Notes: generated by a model from the sequence alone, not told the origin. A stretch of DNA of 64,000 nt from Acidilobaceae archaeon (GCA_038824665.1 JAWBBK010000001.1:352001-416000), one strand, 5' to 3'; shown: positions 19,012 through 28,372, counted from the stretch's first letter. A program made the numbers and translations.

Positions 19012-19719
19012 GTGACTTCGTTAAGACTAGACAATGTTTCCGTGCTGTTTGAGGGAAACAAAGCAGTCGACTCTGTGAACGTAGAGTTTGAGTCAGGAGT
19101 TCACGTAGTTCTTGGAAAGAACGGAGCAGGTAAGAGCACTCTCCTCAGAGCTATAGCCAAACTTGTAGACTTTCAGGGAGAGATCTATGTTGATGGAAGA
19201 AGCATTAGGTCTATGAGCAGAAAGGAGTTAGCTAAAACTATAGGCTATTGTTGGCAAAACCCCTACTACGGCTTTATAGAGCAGACCGTAGAGGAAGAAA
19301 TACAGTTCATCCTTAAGAGCCTAGGAATTCAAGGAGACAACAGAGTAGTCGAGATCTTAGTTCCTAAAGAACTCATGAAGAGAAACCCGTTTACATTAAG
19401 CGGAGGTGAGGCTAAAAGAGTGTCAACAGCTTCTATTCTCATTGCTAACCAGCCGATCTGGCTTCTTGACGAACCGTTTTCTTTTCTCGATAGAGATGGA
19501 GTCTTTTCAATGATAGAGCTGGTAGACTATGGCAGAAAGAAGGGCAAGATCATAATAGTGGCTTTACATGACGCTACGCATTCACATCTCTTAAAGCCTG
19601 ACACTTACGTGCTTTTGCACAAAGGTAAACTTGTAGCTAGAGGATCATGGGATTCCCTCAGAGATGAACAACTAGCTCTTGCCGGACTGTTGACAAGAGG
19701 GGAACTCTGTGGCCGCTAG
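19012..19719 (+). CDS. ECF transporter ATPase
   Basis: GKNGAGKS, WQNP, TVEEEI, LSGGE and LLDEP motifs; likely GTG start at 19012. Confidence 0.85.
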   Translation: MTSLRLDNVSVLFEGNKAVDSVNVEFESGVHVVLGKNGAGKSTLLRAIAKLVDFQGEIYVDGRSIRSMSRKELAKTIGYCWQNPYYGFIEQTVEEEIQFILKSLGIQGDNRVVEILVPKELMKRNPFTLSGGEAKRVSTASILIANQPIWLLDEPFSFLDRDGVFSMIELVDYGRKKGKIIIVALHDATHSHLLKPDTYVLLHKGKLVARGSWDSLRDEQLALAGLLTRGELCGR

Positions 19720-20281
19720 GGTTCTCGAAGAAGTATTGAGCTACAGAAGCAGAGCCCATCCTGTGCTTTCGAGTAAATGGTTTCTAGTTACAAAAGCGCT
19801 TCTTCTCGCGTTTGCAATGCTTGCGCCCCTCCTCGCTCCTCTACCGCTAGCTCTTGCTCTTCTGGCATTTACCATGTTGCTTCTGCTGGCCTTAGGGCTT
19901 AGAGCCTCGATAGCTTATGTGGTGATGTCTACAGCGTTTGTCATAAGCTCGAGTGTCGTTCTAGCGGTGCTTTTCAAAGGAGATCCCATAGCGGCTTTCA
20001 GGTTCGGGCTATCTGCTGGCTCGAGCTTAGCTGTAGCTCTTTTCGTATTCGCTACCACGAAGCCAAGCGCGTTCAGAGCCCTTCCAGCTCTCTATGTGTC
20101 TCTGATTATCATAGACGGGGTTCTCAGAGAGACTCTAGACGTCTACGTTTCACTCAAAGCCAGAGGGTTGGAAAGCTGGAGGCTCTATGTAGCTGTTACA
20201 GTAGACTCGGTGCTCAGAAGCTTCGTCAGATCCGAAGCGCTAATAGATTCACTCAAAGCCAGAGGGTTGGAAATACAATAA
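19709..20281 (+). CDS. ECF transporter transmembrane (T) component
   Basis: Hydrophobic protein with two SLKARG coupling motifs; overlaps the ATPase gene. Confidence 0.75.
   Translation: MAARVLEEVLSYRSRAHPVLSSKWFLVTKALLLAFAMLAPLLAPLPLALALLAFTMLLLLALGLRASIAYVVMSTAFVISSSVVLAVLFKGDPIAAFRFGLSAGSSLAVALFVFATTKPSAFRALPALYVSLIIIDGVLRETLDVYVSLKARGLESWRLYVAVTVDSVLRSFVRSEALIDSLKARGLEIQ
20149..20273 (+). repeat. 26-bp perfect direct repeat within the EcfT-like gene
   Basis: TTCACTCAAAGCCAGAGGGTTGGAAA at 20149-20174 and 20248-20273. Confidence 0.9.
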
Positions 20282-20343
20282 AGAGCGTCTCTAGAACTCA
20301 CAGACTTGAACTTATCAGAAAGCGTAAGCTAGGAGAGATCTCT

Positions 20344-21033
20344 ATGAGCGAAGTCGAAGTCGTCTATTCGGAAGAGAGGTGGAAATTGCTTAGAGAGAAA
20401 AGAGCTATGGCTATAGCTATTATAAAAGCTCTCAGCTCTTCAACGATATACTCTATAGTTCACGGTAGCGTCGCTAGAGGAGATGTAAGTGAAAACAGCG
20501 ATATCGATGTGTTTGTGATAAACCCCGTGCCGCCTCTTCTAGTTGAGCTCGCTCTCGAAAGAGCTGGCTATAAAGCTAAGTGGAAAGAGATCGTTCAGGC
20601 TACTCCCTCAAGTACTCCTAAGGCTTACATCTATCTTGATGACAAAGGACTTCTCGTAGTCAGTCTCCCTCTTGGAACTTGTTCGAAAACTGAAAGAGAG
20701 TTCTACAAATGGGGAGGAGAAGCATCACTTGAAGACCTTGAGAAAGACAGACGAGTTCCTGGAGTTGATAAGAGGTTGATGTTGATAGAGCCAACGCCTA
20801 CAGGACATAAAGAGTCTCCTGTAGTGGGTAGAGAAACCTACGTAGCCAAGGTCTTAAATATTTCGGTAGAGACAGTGCTTGAGAGAGTACGAGTTCTCAC
20901 TAGACGAAGAGAACACGGAAGAACTGGAGTCTTTATTAAGAAAGTGATAGACGCTTCAACACCTATAGAGGAGGCTGTAATGAAGCTCTCTGAAGAGAAC
21001 CAATATTTCAGAAGGAAGATCTATGGCCTCTAG
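20344..21033 (+). CDS. Archaeal Pol-beta-superfamily nucleotidyltransferase
   Basis: HGSVARGDV..SDIDV, QATP..TPK, RVPGVDKRL and GRTGVF motifs. Confidence 0.85.
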   Translation: MSEVEVVYSEERWKLLREKRAMAIAIIKALSSSTIYSIVHGSVARGDVSENSDIDVFVINPVPPLLVELALERAGYKAKWKEIVQATPSSTPKAYIYLDDKGLLVVSLPLGTCSKTEREFYKWGGEASLEDLEKDRRVPGVDKRLMLIEPTPTGHKESPVVGRETYVAKVLNISVETVLERVRVLTRRREHGRTGVFIKKVIDASTPIEEAVMKLSEENQYFRRKIYGL

Positions 21034-21734
21034 CTGGAAAACTCTTCACACATTATTCCTTTCTCCTTCAGCATTGACGCTAAAGGCTTTATATGATCGC
21101 CACCTCTTACTATTAAGACCCCTTTAGCTCCTGATCTTGCGAGTTCCGTTATTCTATTAGCTACAGCCTCATCCCTTAATCTCATAGATGTGTGCGAAAA
21201 AACTAAGAAGGAGAAAGCTAGAAACAGGAAAGCCAAAGCACCGAGATAGAGAAAATAGAAAGGCTCATACATATTTTTAAGAAATCATGCAGAAAGCAAT
21301 TAGCGGAAGCAGAGACACGGTTTCAGCTAACAACAGGCTGAAACGTAAAGACTTAACCAAAAATCCTGCATCTGGGTCGAATATTAAGAGTCTTACTTTA
21401 TTTCCAGGCTCTTCTCTTAACGTAAATCTCTACGAACTGGTCCCCATAAAAAGTTGCCTTTCCATAGACAACTAGAAAGAAACACTCCTTAATCCAGATG
21501 AATGTCCGTAAGAGCAGAACGTAGAAGTAAAAAGCCAACACCAGCGGGAGCGCCGCTATCCTGTCTAAAAAGCTCATAGATTCAAACTCCAGCGTGATAC
21601 CTTCTAAAACGATGTGATCGACTTCTTCTAGAGCTTTGTCTAAAACTCGGACGTCTGGGCGAGAAATATGTGTTGTGCCTAACATGTAACACTTGAAGTC
21701 TTCTGAAGTCTTCGAATTTCGAGAAGGAATCCAT
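21030..21734 (-). pseudogene. TraB/GumN-like membrane protein pseudogene
   Basis: LGTTHIS..IVLEG N-terminal and RDEAVANRI..IVRG.DH C-terminal fragments lie in different frames; 10-bp tandem duplication at 21694-21713 plus further lesions. Confidence 0.65.
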
Positions 21735-21799
21735 TGTATAACTCCTCATCCATGGTTTCCGAAATAATCTATAATTAGCGTTCCTGAAATATCTTCTAT

Positions 21800-21867
21800 C
21801 TTGATGAGGTGTACTGGGCCGGCCTGGAAGGCCAGAGGCCGATGTCGAGACCCTAGCCCTCGCCGAT
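21800..21867 (+). ncRNA. Candidate box C/D sRNA with internal GC hairpin
   Basis: C TTGATGA (21801-21807), C'-like CCGATGT, D CCGA (21863-21866); internal CTGG-AAGG-CCAG stem; GC-rich island. Confidence 0.5.
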
Positions 21868-21905
21868 ATCTTGAATTTAATCCTGCGTTTTGCCGTTTGG
21901 TTGCG

Positions 21906-22511
21906 GTGAGCAGATTGAGCGCTTCAGAACAGAGCAGAGAGCTACGTTTAGAGCTAAACAAAGAGGAACTAGAGAAGCTCATCAAGCTCTCAGAGAAACT
22001 AAAGAGTTCACCGGAGCGCGTGATCAAGTCGTTAGTAGACGTTCTCTCTGACTACTCAGACAAGATAGGAGCTTTAGGCTCTAAGCTGAAGGTCAAAGAT
22101 GAAGTCTTAGCAGAGAGCGTTTTTGAAGAGCTTGTCTTCTACGGCGTTGTAGTCTGGGAGGAGATAGTGAACAAAGTGCTGGACAGCCTCGGAGCTAGCG
22201 GCTGTTACGAACTTCATGACATGGAGTTCGAACCAGTTAAATCTTATTTAGGGCTCGAGTTCGTAGCTTTAGAGCGGTGTGACCTCAAAGCAGACGTAGT
22301 TGTAGTAAAATGGGATCCTAACGAAGTCGTGCTTGAAGTCTTCTACTACTTAGAGGAGAAACCTGCACCTCAAAAGACTATCAAGACCTCCTACGAGTGG
22401 TTCTACGAGCCAGACGAACATGCAGTAATCATCAGAGTTCCTCTCAAAAGTCTCTTAGAAGCTCCAAAGCTAGCGGACATAGACGTAGAGGTTAAAAAGC
22501 TAGGTATATGA
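21906..22511 (+). CDS. Hypothetical protein
   Basis: Long ORF with host-like composition; the track's upstream extension overlaps the sRNA candidate. Confidence 0.65.
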   Translation: MSRLSASEQSRELRLELNKEELEKLIKLSEKLKSSPERVIKSLVDVLSDYSDKIGALGSKLKVKDEVLAESVFEELVFYGVVVWEEIVNKVLDSLGASGCYELHDMEFEPVKSYLGLEFVALERCDLKADVVVVKWDPNEVVLEVFYYLEEKPAPQKTIKTSYEWFYEPDEHAVIIRVPLKSLLEAPKLADIDVEVKKLGI

Positions 22512-22580
22512 GGTTGTCTTCACGAGTTCCTTAAGCTGTAGGATATAACCGCTCTAAGCTCTGAATATTTTTATGAAGTC

Positions 22581-23528
22581 TTGGGGATTCGTTTGGCAGA
22601 ACTCTCTATAAAGGTTGGAGAGAACTTCAAGGCTTCCGACATCCTCTACCCGTCTTTCGCTAGACCTCTTTTCGATATATCTGAAGACGGAAAGAAGGCA
22701 GTTAAAAGATGGGGTTTTTGTTCTGGAGCAGTTCTGAGTTCAGAAGGAGATCATATTGTTGTGAGACACGAGAAGAGAGAATGTGTAGACTACGGAGCAT
22801 ATCTCACTGGTGTCTGGAGCGTCCCCGAACGCTCAAGTCCTCCTAGAGGAGGAGTTCTGAGCGAACTAGTTGAACTCATGCTCGAAAGCTATCGAACCTT
22901 CGGCGTTTCCACTTCTCCTAAAGACGACTATGTAGTCTTCACAAGCATATTTTTATCGCGCAACACCGACTACGATAAAAACACCATAAGGTGGGTTAGA
23001 GAACTCTTGTACAGACTTGATGACTTTTCTAAAATAGCTGAGCTTAAAGGCAGAGACATCTTAAAGCTTGTAGGCTCTAGCTATCAGCTCAGACAGCTCC
23101 CTTCAGCTCTGAAGTGCTATTCAAGAGTGAGAAGCGAAGTACTTGAGGGAAGACATCAAGAGATGCTTAAGTGTAGTAACGTGGGTCCAAAGGTGTACCA
23201 CTCCTATATGCTCCATGTGTTGTTGAGAAAAGACATCGCTCCTATAGACATAAATCTCACTAGGTTCTTAAACATGTTTTCAGATTGGAAACTTGGACTC
23301 GAGAAACCGGAGAAAAGGAAGTGTTTAAAGCATCAATGTGAATTTTGTCCCACATCACATAAATGTGCTGAGAGTATGCTCAGAAGAGAGTTAGGCGATC
23401 TTCTAGGCTGGTTTCAGAACGCTACTTACTATCACTTTAAGAACTATTGTAAGCTCTCTAGATGCTTCAAGTGTCCGCTAAACAACATATGTCTAAAGAA
23501 GAAAAGATTAAAGCCTAACCATATCTAG
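22581..23528 (+). CDS. HhH-GPD-like DNA glycosylase/lyase with two C-terminal Cys clusters
   Basis: IFLSRNT, NVGPK HhH and PID motifs; C-x3-C-x2-C-x5-C and C-x4-C-x2-C-x5-C. Confidence 0.65.
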   Translation: MGIRLAELSIKVGENFKASDILYPSFARPLFDISEDGKKAVKRWGFCSGAVLSSEGDHIVVRHEKRECVDYGAYLTGVWSVPERSSPPRGGVLSELVELMLESYRTFGVSTSPKDDYVVFTSIFLSRNTDYDKNTIRWVRELLYRLDDFSKIAELKGRDILKLVGSSYQLRQLPSALKCYSRVRSEVLEGRHQEMLKCSNVGPKVYHSYMLHVLLRKDIAPIDINLTRFLNMFSDWKLGLEKPEKRKCLKHQCEFCPTSHKCAESMLRRELGDLLGWFQNATYYHFKNYCKLSRCFKCPLNNICLKKKRLKPNHI

Positions 23529-25340
23529 AACATCTTTTGAGTAGTCTCTTCTAAGAGCGAACTCGGCTTTTCTGCCTGAGTTCCACATTCTGACAGGTCT
23601 GTAATAGCCTACTATTCTGCTCCATACATCAACTATTTCTCCACATTTAGGACATCTCTCTTCTCTACCTACTTTTCTGAATCCGCAATTAGGACAAACA
23701 GTAATCGTTGGAGTTATGCTCATATAGACTATCTTGGTCTCTTTCATCACTTTCATTACGAACTTAGCTATAGCTTCTGGCGGCAAGCTTCTTTCTAAAA
23801 ACACGTGTTTCATAACTCCTCCTGTAAACATAGGCTGTACTTCAGACTCTAGCCAAAGCTGGTCTTTTAGATGAATTGTAGAATAAGGAGGAGTTAGCTG
23901 ATTAGTGTAGAAAGGTTTTCTACCTTGAGGGGTTTCGCCTACAGGAATAAACGGAATTAAAGAAAGCTCTTCAACTAGGTCTAAGTCTTTTTCTGCAAGC
24001 TTTACTCCTAAAGTCTCTCCAGGCACTTCTTCTACGTTGTAAAGGTCTCCGTCTTCTTCTTCAAATTCGGCTAATCTTTCGTGTATATAGGAGAGCAGGC
24101 TTCTGTAATAGCTTAGGGCTTCGGGTAACTTGTTTGTTTCAAACCAGAACTCTGGATCGCCTGACATTATCGAAGCGTATTCAGCAAGCCCTATGAGCCC
24201 TATGGTGTTGTAGTAGAACTTAAACGGATCGTCTTTATCTATGTACTCTGCTGTCATAGGATACATTCCGAGCTTGTGAAGCTTTAGGTATTGTTTTCTG
24301 AAAGCTCTAAGAGTTTTTCTAGCCGCTTGTAAAAGCTCGTCTAGCTTATCGAAAGCTTTAAAGTCGTCTGAAGCAGAAGCCAACATAGCTAATCTAGGAG
24401 CGTTTATAACCACGACGTTTATTGAGCCAACGCTTGGAGGCATATCCCAAACCCCTTTAGCTGTTTTAAGAGCCTCTTTGACTTTTTTCATATCTGAGAT
24501 CAGTCTACAGCAAAATGAAAACAGGTCTTCTGCTCTGTGGTTGAAACCGTTTAAGAAATACATTTGACCTACTTCAGAAACCATGCTCCAATAGGAAGTC
24601 CAGAGCTCGCTATCTGAGTTCAAGAGCTTCTCGAAGTCGCTGTTAACTAGGCTGGTAGCTATGGGGAACGTGAAGGGTTGCTTCAAAGCATCGCCTTCCG
24701 CAAAGACTTCCACTAACGCTTTGACTATTGTCATAGTGTGCTCAAGATGGCTATCGTAAGTCTCTCTTAGCCTTAATCCCCAAAGAGGTTGAGACCTGTA
24801 GAATTTATTAGAGAACGCTAACACTGTGTTTGTGAACGGACTCTGTCCTGTTTTAAGCGGATAGTTAAGGTTATAAATGAATCTCTGTAGATTTTGTTTT
24901 ACCTGCTTATAGCTTAGCTTGTCCCAATCGACGAAAGGAGCTAAATTCAAATCGATAGCGTAAAGCCCTATTGCACCAGTTCTTTCGAAACTGAAGGTGT
25001 ACAATGTGTTGACCAACTGATCTACAGCTGAATCCATATGTTTAGGAGGTCTTGAAGTAATCGTTGGAGTTTTCAAGCCTCTCTCTACTATAGGTCTTGA
25101 ATCTATCCCACCACAATAAGGTTTAACTGCGCTACCGTCTTTCAGCTTGTAGATATATATCCAACCTTCTTCATGTAGCTTAATAGCGTCGCTCGGTAGT
25201 ATCTTTTGAGCTATGCTGCAATACACTTCTCCTAAAAGAGCGTATTGAAGACCTCCGATACTCTCCGGTATGTTTGCGTTATCTCTTACCAGCCATTCCG
25301 TTCTCTCTACATACTGACTGTAAACATCGAAGATCTCCAC
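23508..25340 (-). CDS. nrdD: Class III (anaerobic) ribonucleotide reductase, no ATP cone
   Basis: NAN, PYC, GQSPFTN, PFTFPI, FCCRL, EEVPGE, CPNC..CPKC and glycyl loop SRIVGYYRPV. Confidence 0.92.
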   Translation of the reverse strand: MEIFDVYSQYVERTEWLVRDNANIPESIGGLQYALLGEVYCSIAQKILPSDAIKLHEEGWIYIYKLKDGSAVKPYCGGIDSRPIVERGLKTPTITSRPPKHMDSAVDQLVNTLYTFSFERTGAIGLYAIDLNLAPFVDWDKLSYKQVKQNLQRFIYNLNYPLKTGQSPFTNTVLAFSNKFYRSQPLWGLRLRETYDSHLEHTMTIVKALVEVFAEGDALKQPFTFPIATSLVNSDFEKLLNSDSELWTSYWSMVSEVGQMYFLNGFNHRAEDLFSFCCRLISDMKKVKEALKTAKGVWDMPPSVGSINVVVINAPRLAMLASASDDFKAFDKLDELLQAARKTLRAFRKQYLKLHKLGMYPMTAEYIDKDDPFKFYYNTIGLIGLAEYASIMSGDPEFWFETNKLPEALSYYRSLLSYIHERLAEFEEEDGDLYNVEEVPGETLGVKLAEKDLDLVEELSLIPFIPVGETPQGRKPFYTNQLTPPYSTIHLKDQLWLESEVQPMFTGGVMKHVFLERSLPPEAIAKFVMKVMKETKIVYMSITPTITVCPNCGFRKVGREERCPKCGEIVDVWSRIVGYYRPVRMWNSGRKAEFALRRDYSKDVLDMVRL

Positions 25341-25382
25341 CGCGCTCCCTATAACTAGTGTTAAAACCTGAATGCTTAAGTT

Positions 25383-25406
25383 TAAAGATCTAAAGATCTA
25401 AAGACT
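25383..25406. repeat. Tandem 8-mer TAAAGATC x3 (last copy imperfect) in the nrdD/TIP49 divergent promoter
   Basis: TAAAGATC TAAAGATC TAAAGACT. Confidence 0.7.
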
Positions 25407-25492
25407 TGAAGTCGTAACTTAGAAGAGATATATGAAGACTTGGTTAGACTTTTAAGTTCCTGGAACTTAAGGAGGGGGAAGGCGGTCAAACC

Positions 25493-26851
25493 ATGAATGG
25501 TGAAGTCAAGATAAAGTCGATCCCAAAGACCGCTTTGAAGAGGTCTATTCATAGTCACATAAGAGGTCTAGGAATAGACAAAAACGGGAAAGCTAAGAGA
25601 GTCGGAGACGGGCTTGTAGGTCAGGAGGAAGCTAGAGAAGCAGCTGGAGTCATAGTTCAACTTGTAAAGGAAGGTAAGCTCGGAGGCAGAGGCGTTCTGA
25701 TCGTTGGTCCACCCGGTACAGGCAAAACAGCTATAGCTATGGCTATGGCTAAAGAGCTAGGAGAAGACACACCCTTTGTAGCCATAAGCGCGAGCGAGAT
25801 CGTTGGGAGCAGGAACAAGATAGAGGTCCTGATTCAGTCGGTTAGGAAAGCAATTGGGTTGAGAGTGAAAGAGTTAAGACCAGTCGTGGAGGGTGTCGTA
25901 ACCGAAGTGAAGTACACTAAGAGACAAAGTAGCTTGTACCCCTACGCGACTCTAGCTGGTGCGAGGATAACTCTTGAAACTAAAGACGATTCTGCGTCTT
26001 TCAGCGTAGGTCCTGAAATAGCCGAGCAACTACTAGCTCTAAACGTGAGGAAAGGAGACGTGATAGTTATAGATACGGAAACTGGAGCTGTTAGAAAGTT
26101 GGGAAGAGTTAGAGAAAAAGCTGATAAGCGTTACGATATTGAACTCGAAAGAGAAGTCGAGATGCCTAGTGGTCCTGTCAAAAAGACTAAAGAGTTCGTC
26201 AGAGTCTTCACTCTACATGACCTCGACGTATCAATAGCTGCTCGTAGAGTGGTTTTAGGAGGAATATTTGCGCTCTTCGAGAGCGAGAAAGAGATAAGCG
26301 ATGAAGATAGAAAAAGAGCAGACGAATATGCTAAGAAGCTCATAGATGACGGTAAAGCTGAGCTGTTGCCAGGAGTGCTCTTCATAGATGACGTCCACAT
26401 GCTAGATCTCGAGTGCTATTCGTTCTTGACTAGAGCTATGGAAAGCGAGCTTGCGCCTCTCATAGTTATGGCAACTAACAGAGGGATCACGAAGATAAGA
26501 GGTACCGACATAGAGTCTCCACATGGTATGCCTAGAGACCTGCTTGACAGACTCCTCATAATAACCACAAGGCCTTATACAGAAGACGAGATACGAGAGA
26601 TCTTGCTCCTTAGAGCCGACGAAGAAGAAGTATCGCTTTCCGAAGATGCACTTAAAGCCTTAACCAAGATAGGCAAGGAAAGGAGCTTAAGATATGCTGT
26701 TCAGCTTCTCGAACCAGCGAAAGTGCTAGCTTCAAGAAGAGGCTCTAGCAAGGTTGAAGAACAAGACGTACTCGAAGCTTCTAGACTCTTTGCAGACCTC
26801 AAGAAGAGTATCAACATAGCCGAAGCCTTCAAAGACCTGCTCTTAGCCTAA
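25493..26851 (+). CDS. TIP49/RuvB-like AAA+ ATPase
   Basis: HSHIRGLG, GPPGTGKT, TLHDLD, PGVLFIDDVHMLD and TNRG..IRGT..SPHG motifs. Confidence 0.95.
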   Translation: MNGEVKIKSIPKTALKRSIHSHIRGLGIDKNGKAKRVGDGLVGQEEAREAAGVIVQLVKEGKLGGRGVLIVGPPGTGKTAIAMAMAKELGEDTPFVAISASEIVGSRNKIEVLIQSVRKAIGLRVKELRPVVEGVVTEVKYTKRQSSLYPYATLAGARITLETKDDSASFSVGPEIAEQLLALNVRKGDVIVIDTETGAVRKLGRVREKADKRYDIELEREVEMPSGPVKKTKEFVRVFTLHDLDVSIAARRVVLGGIFALFESEKEISDEDRKRADEYAKKLIDDGKAELLPGVLFIDDVHMLDLECYSFLTRAMESELAPLIVMATNRGITKIRGTDIESPHGMPRDLLDRLLIITTRPYTEDEIREILLLRADEEEVSLSEDALKALTKIGKERSLRYAVQLLEPAKVLASRRGSSKVEEQDVLEASRLFADLKKSINIAEAFKDLLLA

Positions 26852-26889
26852 GCCAATATTTAATAGCTTCGAGAACATTAAATGTGACG

Positions 26890-26950
26890 GAGTGATGAAC
26901 GGAGAGTACCTCGGAGATCTGCTCCGTGAAGAAGTGGTCCTTCGCTGACC
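26890..26950 (+). ncRNA. Box C/D guide sRNA
   Basis: C GTGATGA 26892-26898, D' CGGA, C' GTGAAGA, 12-nt guide, D CTGA 26945-26948. Confidence 0.75.
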
Positions 26951-26952
26951 AA

Positions 26953-27006
26953 GATGTGGAGGCACGAGCGAGCCGAGTTCGATGAGGAACGTGCTTGTTC
27001 CGAAAG
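26953..27006 (+). ncRNA. Second tandem K-turn sRNA (C/D-like or H/ACA-like)
   Basis: ATGTGGA..CCGA GTTC GATGA..CCGA; GGCACG/CGTGCT can also form a stem under a K-loop. Confidence 0.45.
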
Positions 27007-27081
27007 CCTTTCCACGACCTCAGTAAAGATAAAATTCTATAAAATCCTGTTTACCTTCACTTCGCAGGGTGTTCAGCGGCA

Positions 27082-28245
27082 TTGGAGAGCTATATGAGGC
27101 TTGTAATGTTTCTAGTAGCTCTTCTAGCGTTTTGGATTCTCCTGTTAGTCTTCTCAAAGACTAAGAAGTTCGAAAGGTTGGAGGTCAAACCTTTTCTTCT
27201 TATCTACAAAATCGGAAAGAGCATAGAGAGAAAAAGAGGAACTTTTTTTGACTTCTTAGGTTCTATCGGTTGGATAGGACTTCCTGTACTGTTCGTCTCG
27301 GCTCTCTTTTTCTACTTCATCATAGGCGACGCCGTTTATTACAGATACTTCAGTCCAGAGCCTCCTCAAGACGAAATACCTAGAGGAATAGTGCCTCTAC
27401 TCCCAGGAGTCACGATACCTCTTGACATCAATTTGGTCTTAGCGCTTTTTTCAATAGGCTTAGCCGTATTAGTGCATGAGGTTGGTCACGCTCTTTCTGC
27501 AGCATCATTAGGTCTTAGAGTTAAGGATAGCGGCATGATACTTTTAGCGTTCATCCCTGCGGCGTTTGTAGAACTTGATGAAGAGTCCTTCAGAAGAGCT
27601 AGCTGGAGCGTTAAGACCAGAGTTCTATCGGCTGGAGTGACAAGCAATATCGTTTTAGCCTTTCTAGCTCTAGCTCTGCTACTATCAGCTCCGATTCCAC
27701 AACCGGATGGAGTTATGATAGAAAGCGTAGAACTAGGTTCTGTAGCTGAAAAAGCAGGGCTCGCTCCTGGAGACGTGGTACGGTACGTAAACGGTCTCGA
27801 AGTAAAGAGCGTAGCTGATTTCAGGAAAGTTCTAGAAGAACTAGGAGTTTTCGATGAGAGCGTAGAGACCTCTTTTGAGATCGCTATAGTAAGAGAAGGC
27901 AAGGTCTTAGTTTTGTCTATAACGAAACCAGTTGGAGAGGACAGGTTAGGAGTTACTCTCAGCAACGTCTACTCTGGGATGAACAACGTGCTCCTAGCCT
28001 TAATTATCACGCTTAGAACGCTCTTCGTTATCAATCTAGCTCTAGCTTTGATTAACGCGGCTCCTCTCATTATACCAAGCCCCTGGGGCAATCTGATGAC
28101 AGATGGGGCTCAGGTAATCAAGGAAACCTTGACTCCTCTGCTAGGAGAGAGGCTGTCTGGAGTGACTCTCTCAGCTCTTGGTTTAGCTACCCTCTTACTA
28201 ACCTTATCTGTGATCACTCTAGAGCCTCTCAGGTTTGTGCCCTAA
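27082..28245 (+). CDS. Site-2 protease (M50) with PDZ domain
   Basis: HEVGH, AFVE, SAGV..N, PDZ segment and NAAP...DG motifs. Confidence 0.9.
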   Translation: MESYMRLVMFLVALLAFWILLLVFSKTKKFERLEVKPFLLIYKIGKSIERKRGTFFDFLGSIGWIGLPVLFVSALFFYFIIGDAVYYRYFSPEPPQDEIPRGIVPLLPGVTIPLDINLVLALFSIGLAVLVHEVGHALSAASLGLRVKDSGMILLAFIPAAFVELDEESFRRASWSVKTRVLSAGVTSNIVLAFLALALLLSAPIPQPDGVMIESVELGSVAEKAGLAPGDVVRYVNGLEVKSVADFRKVLEELGVFDESVETSFEIAIVREGKVLVLSITKPVGEDRLGVTLSNVYSGMNNVLLALIITLRTLFVINLALALINAAPLIIPSPWGNLMTDGAQVIKETLTPLLGERLSGVTLSALGLATLLLTLSVITLEPLRFVP

Positions 28246-28255
28246 GGGAGATACA

Positions 28256-28372
28256 ATGGACCTCTGGAAGTTGCTGATCGCTGGGATCATAGCTGTCAGC
28301 TTTGTGACTACATCTCTTCTCGTTACTACTTATTTCAGAAGCAGAACTGAAATCTGTAGAGAAGACAGCTGA
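28256..28372 (+). CDS. 38-aa single-pass membrane microprotein
   Basis: Not in track. GGGAG SD then ATG: MDLWKLLIAGIIAVSFVTTSLLVTTYFRSRTEICREDS; 10 nt after the S2P stop. Confidence 0.5.
   Translation: MDLWKLLIAGIIAVSFVTTSLLVTTYFRSRTEICREDS

Noticed and set aside
20149-20273. 26-bp repeat as a mini-CRISPR
   Set aside because: Only two copies, 73-bp spacer, in frame inside a coding gene, no cas genes
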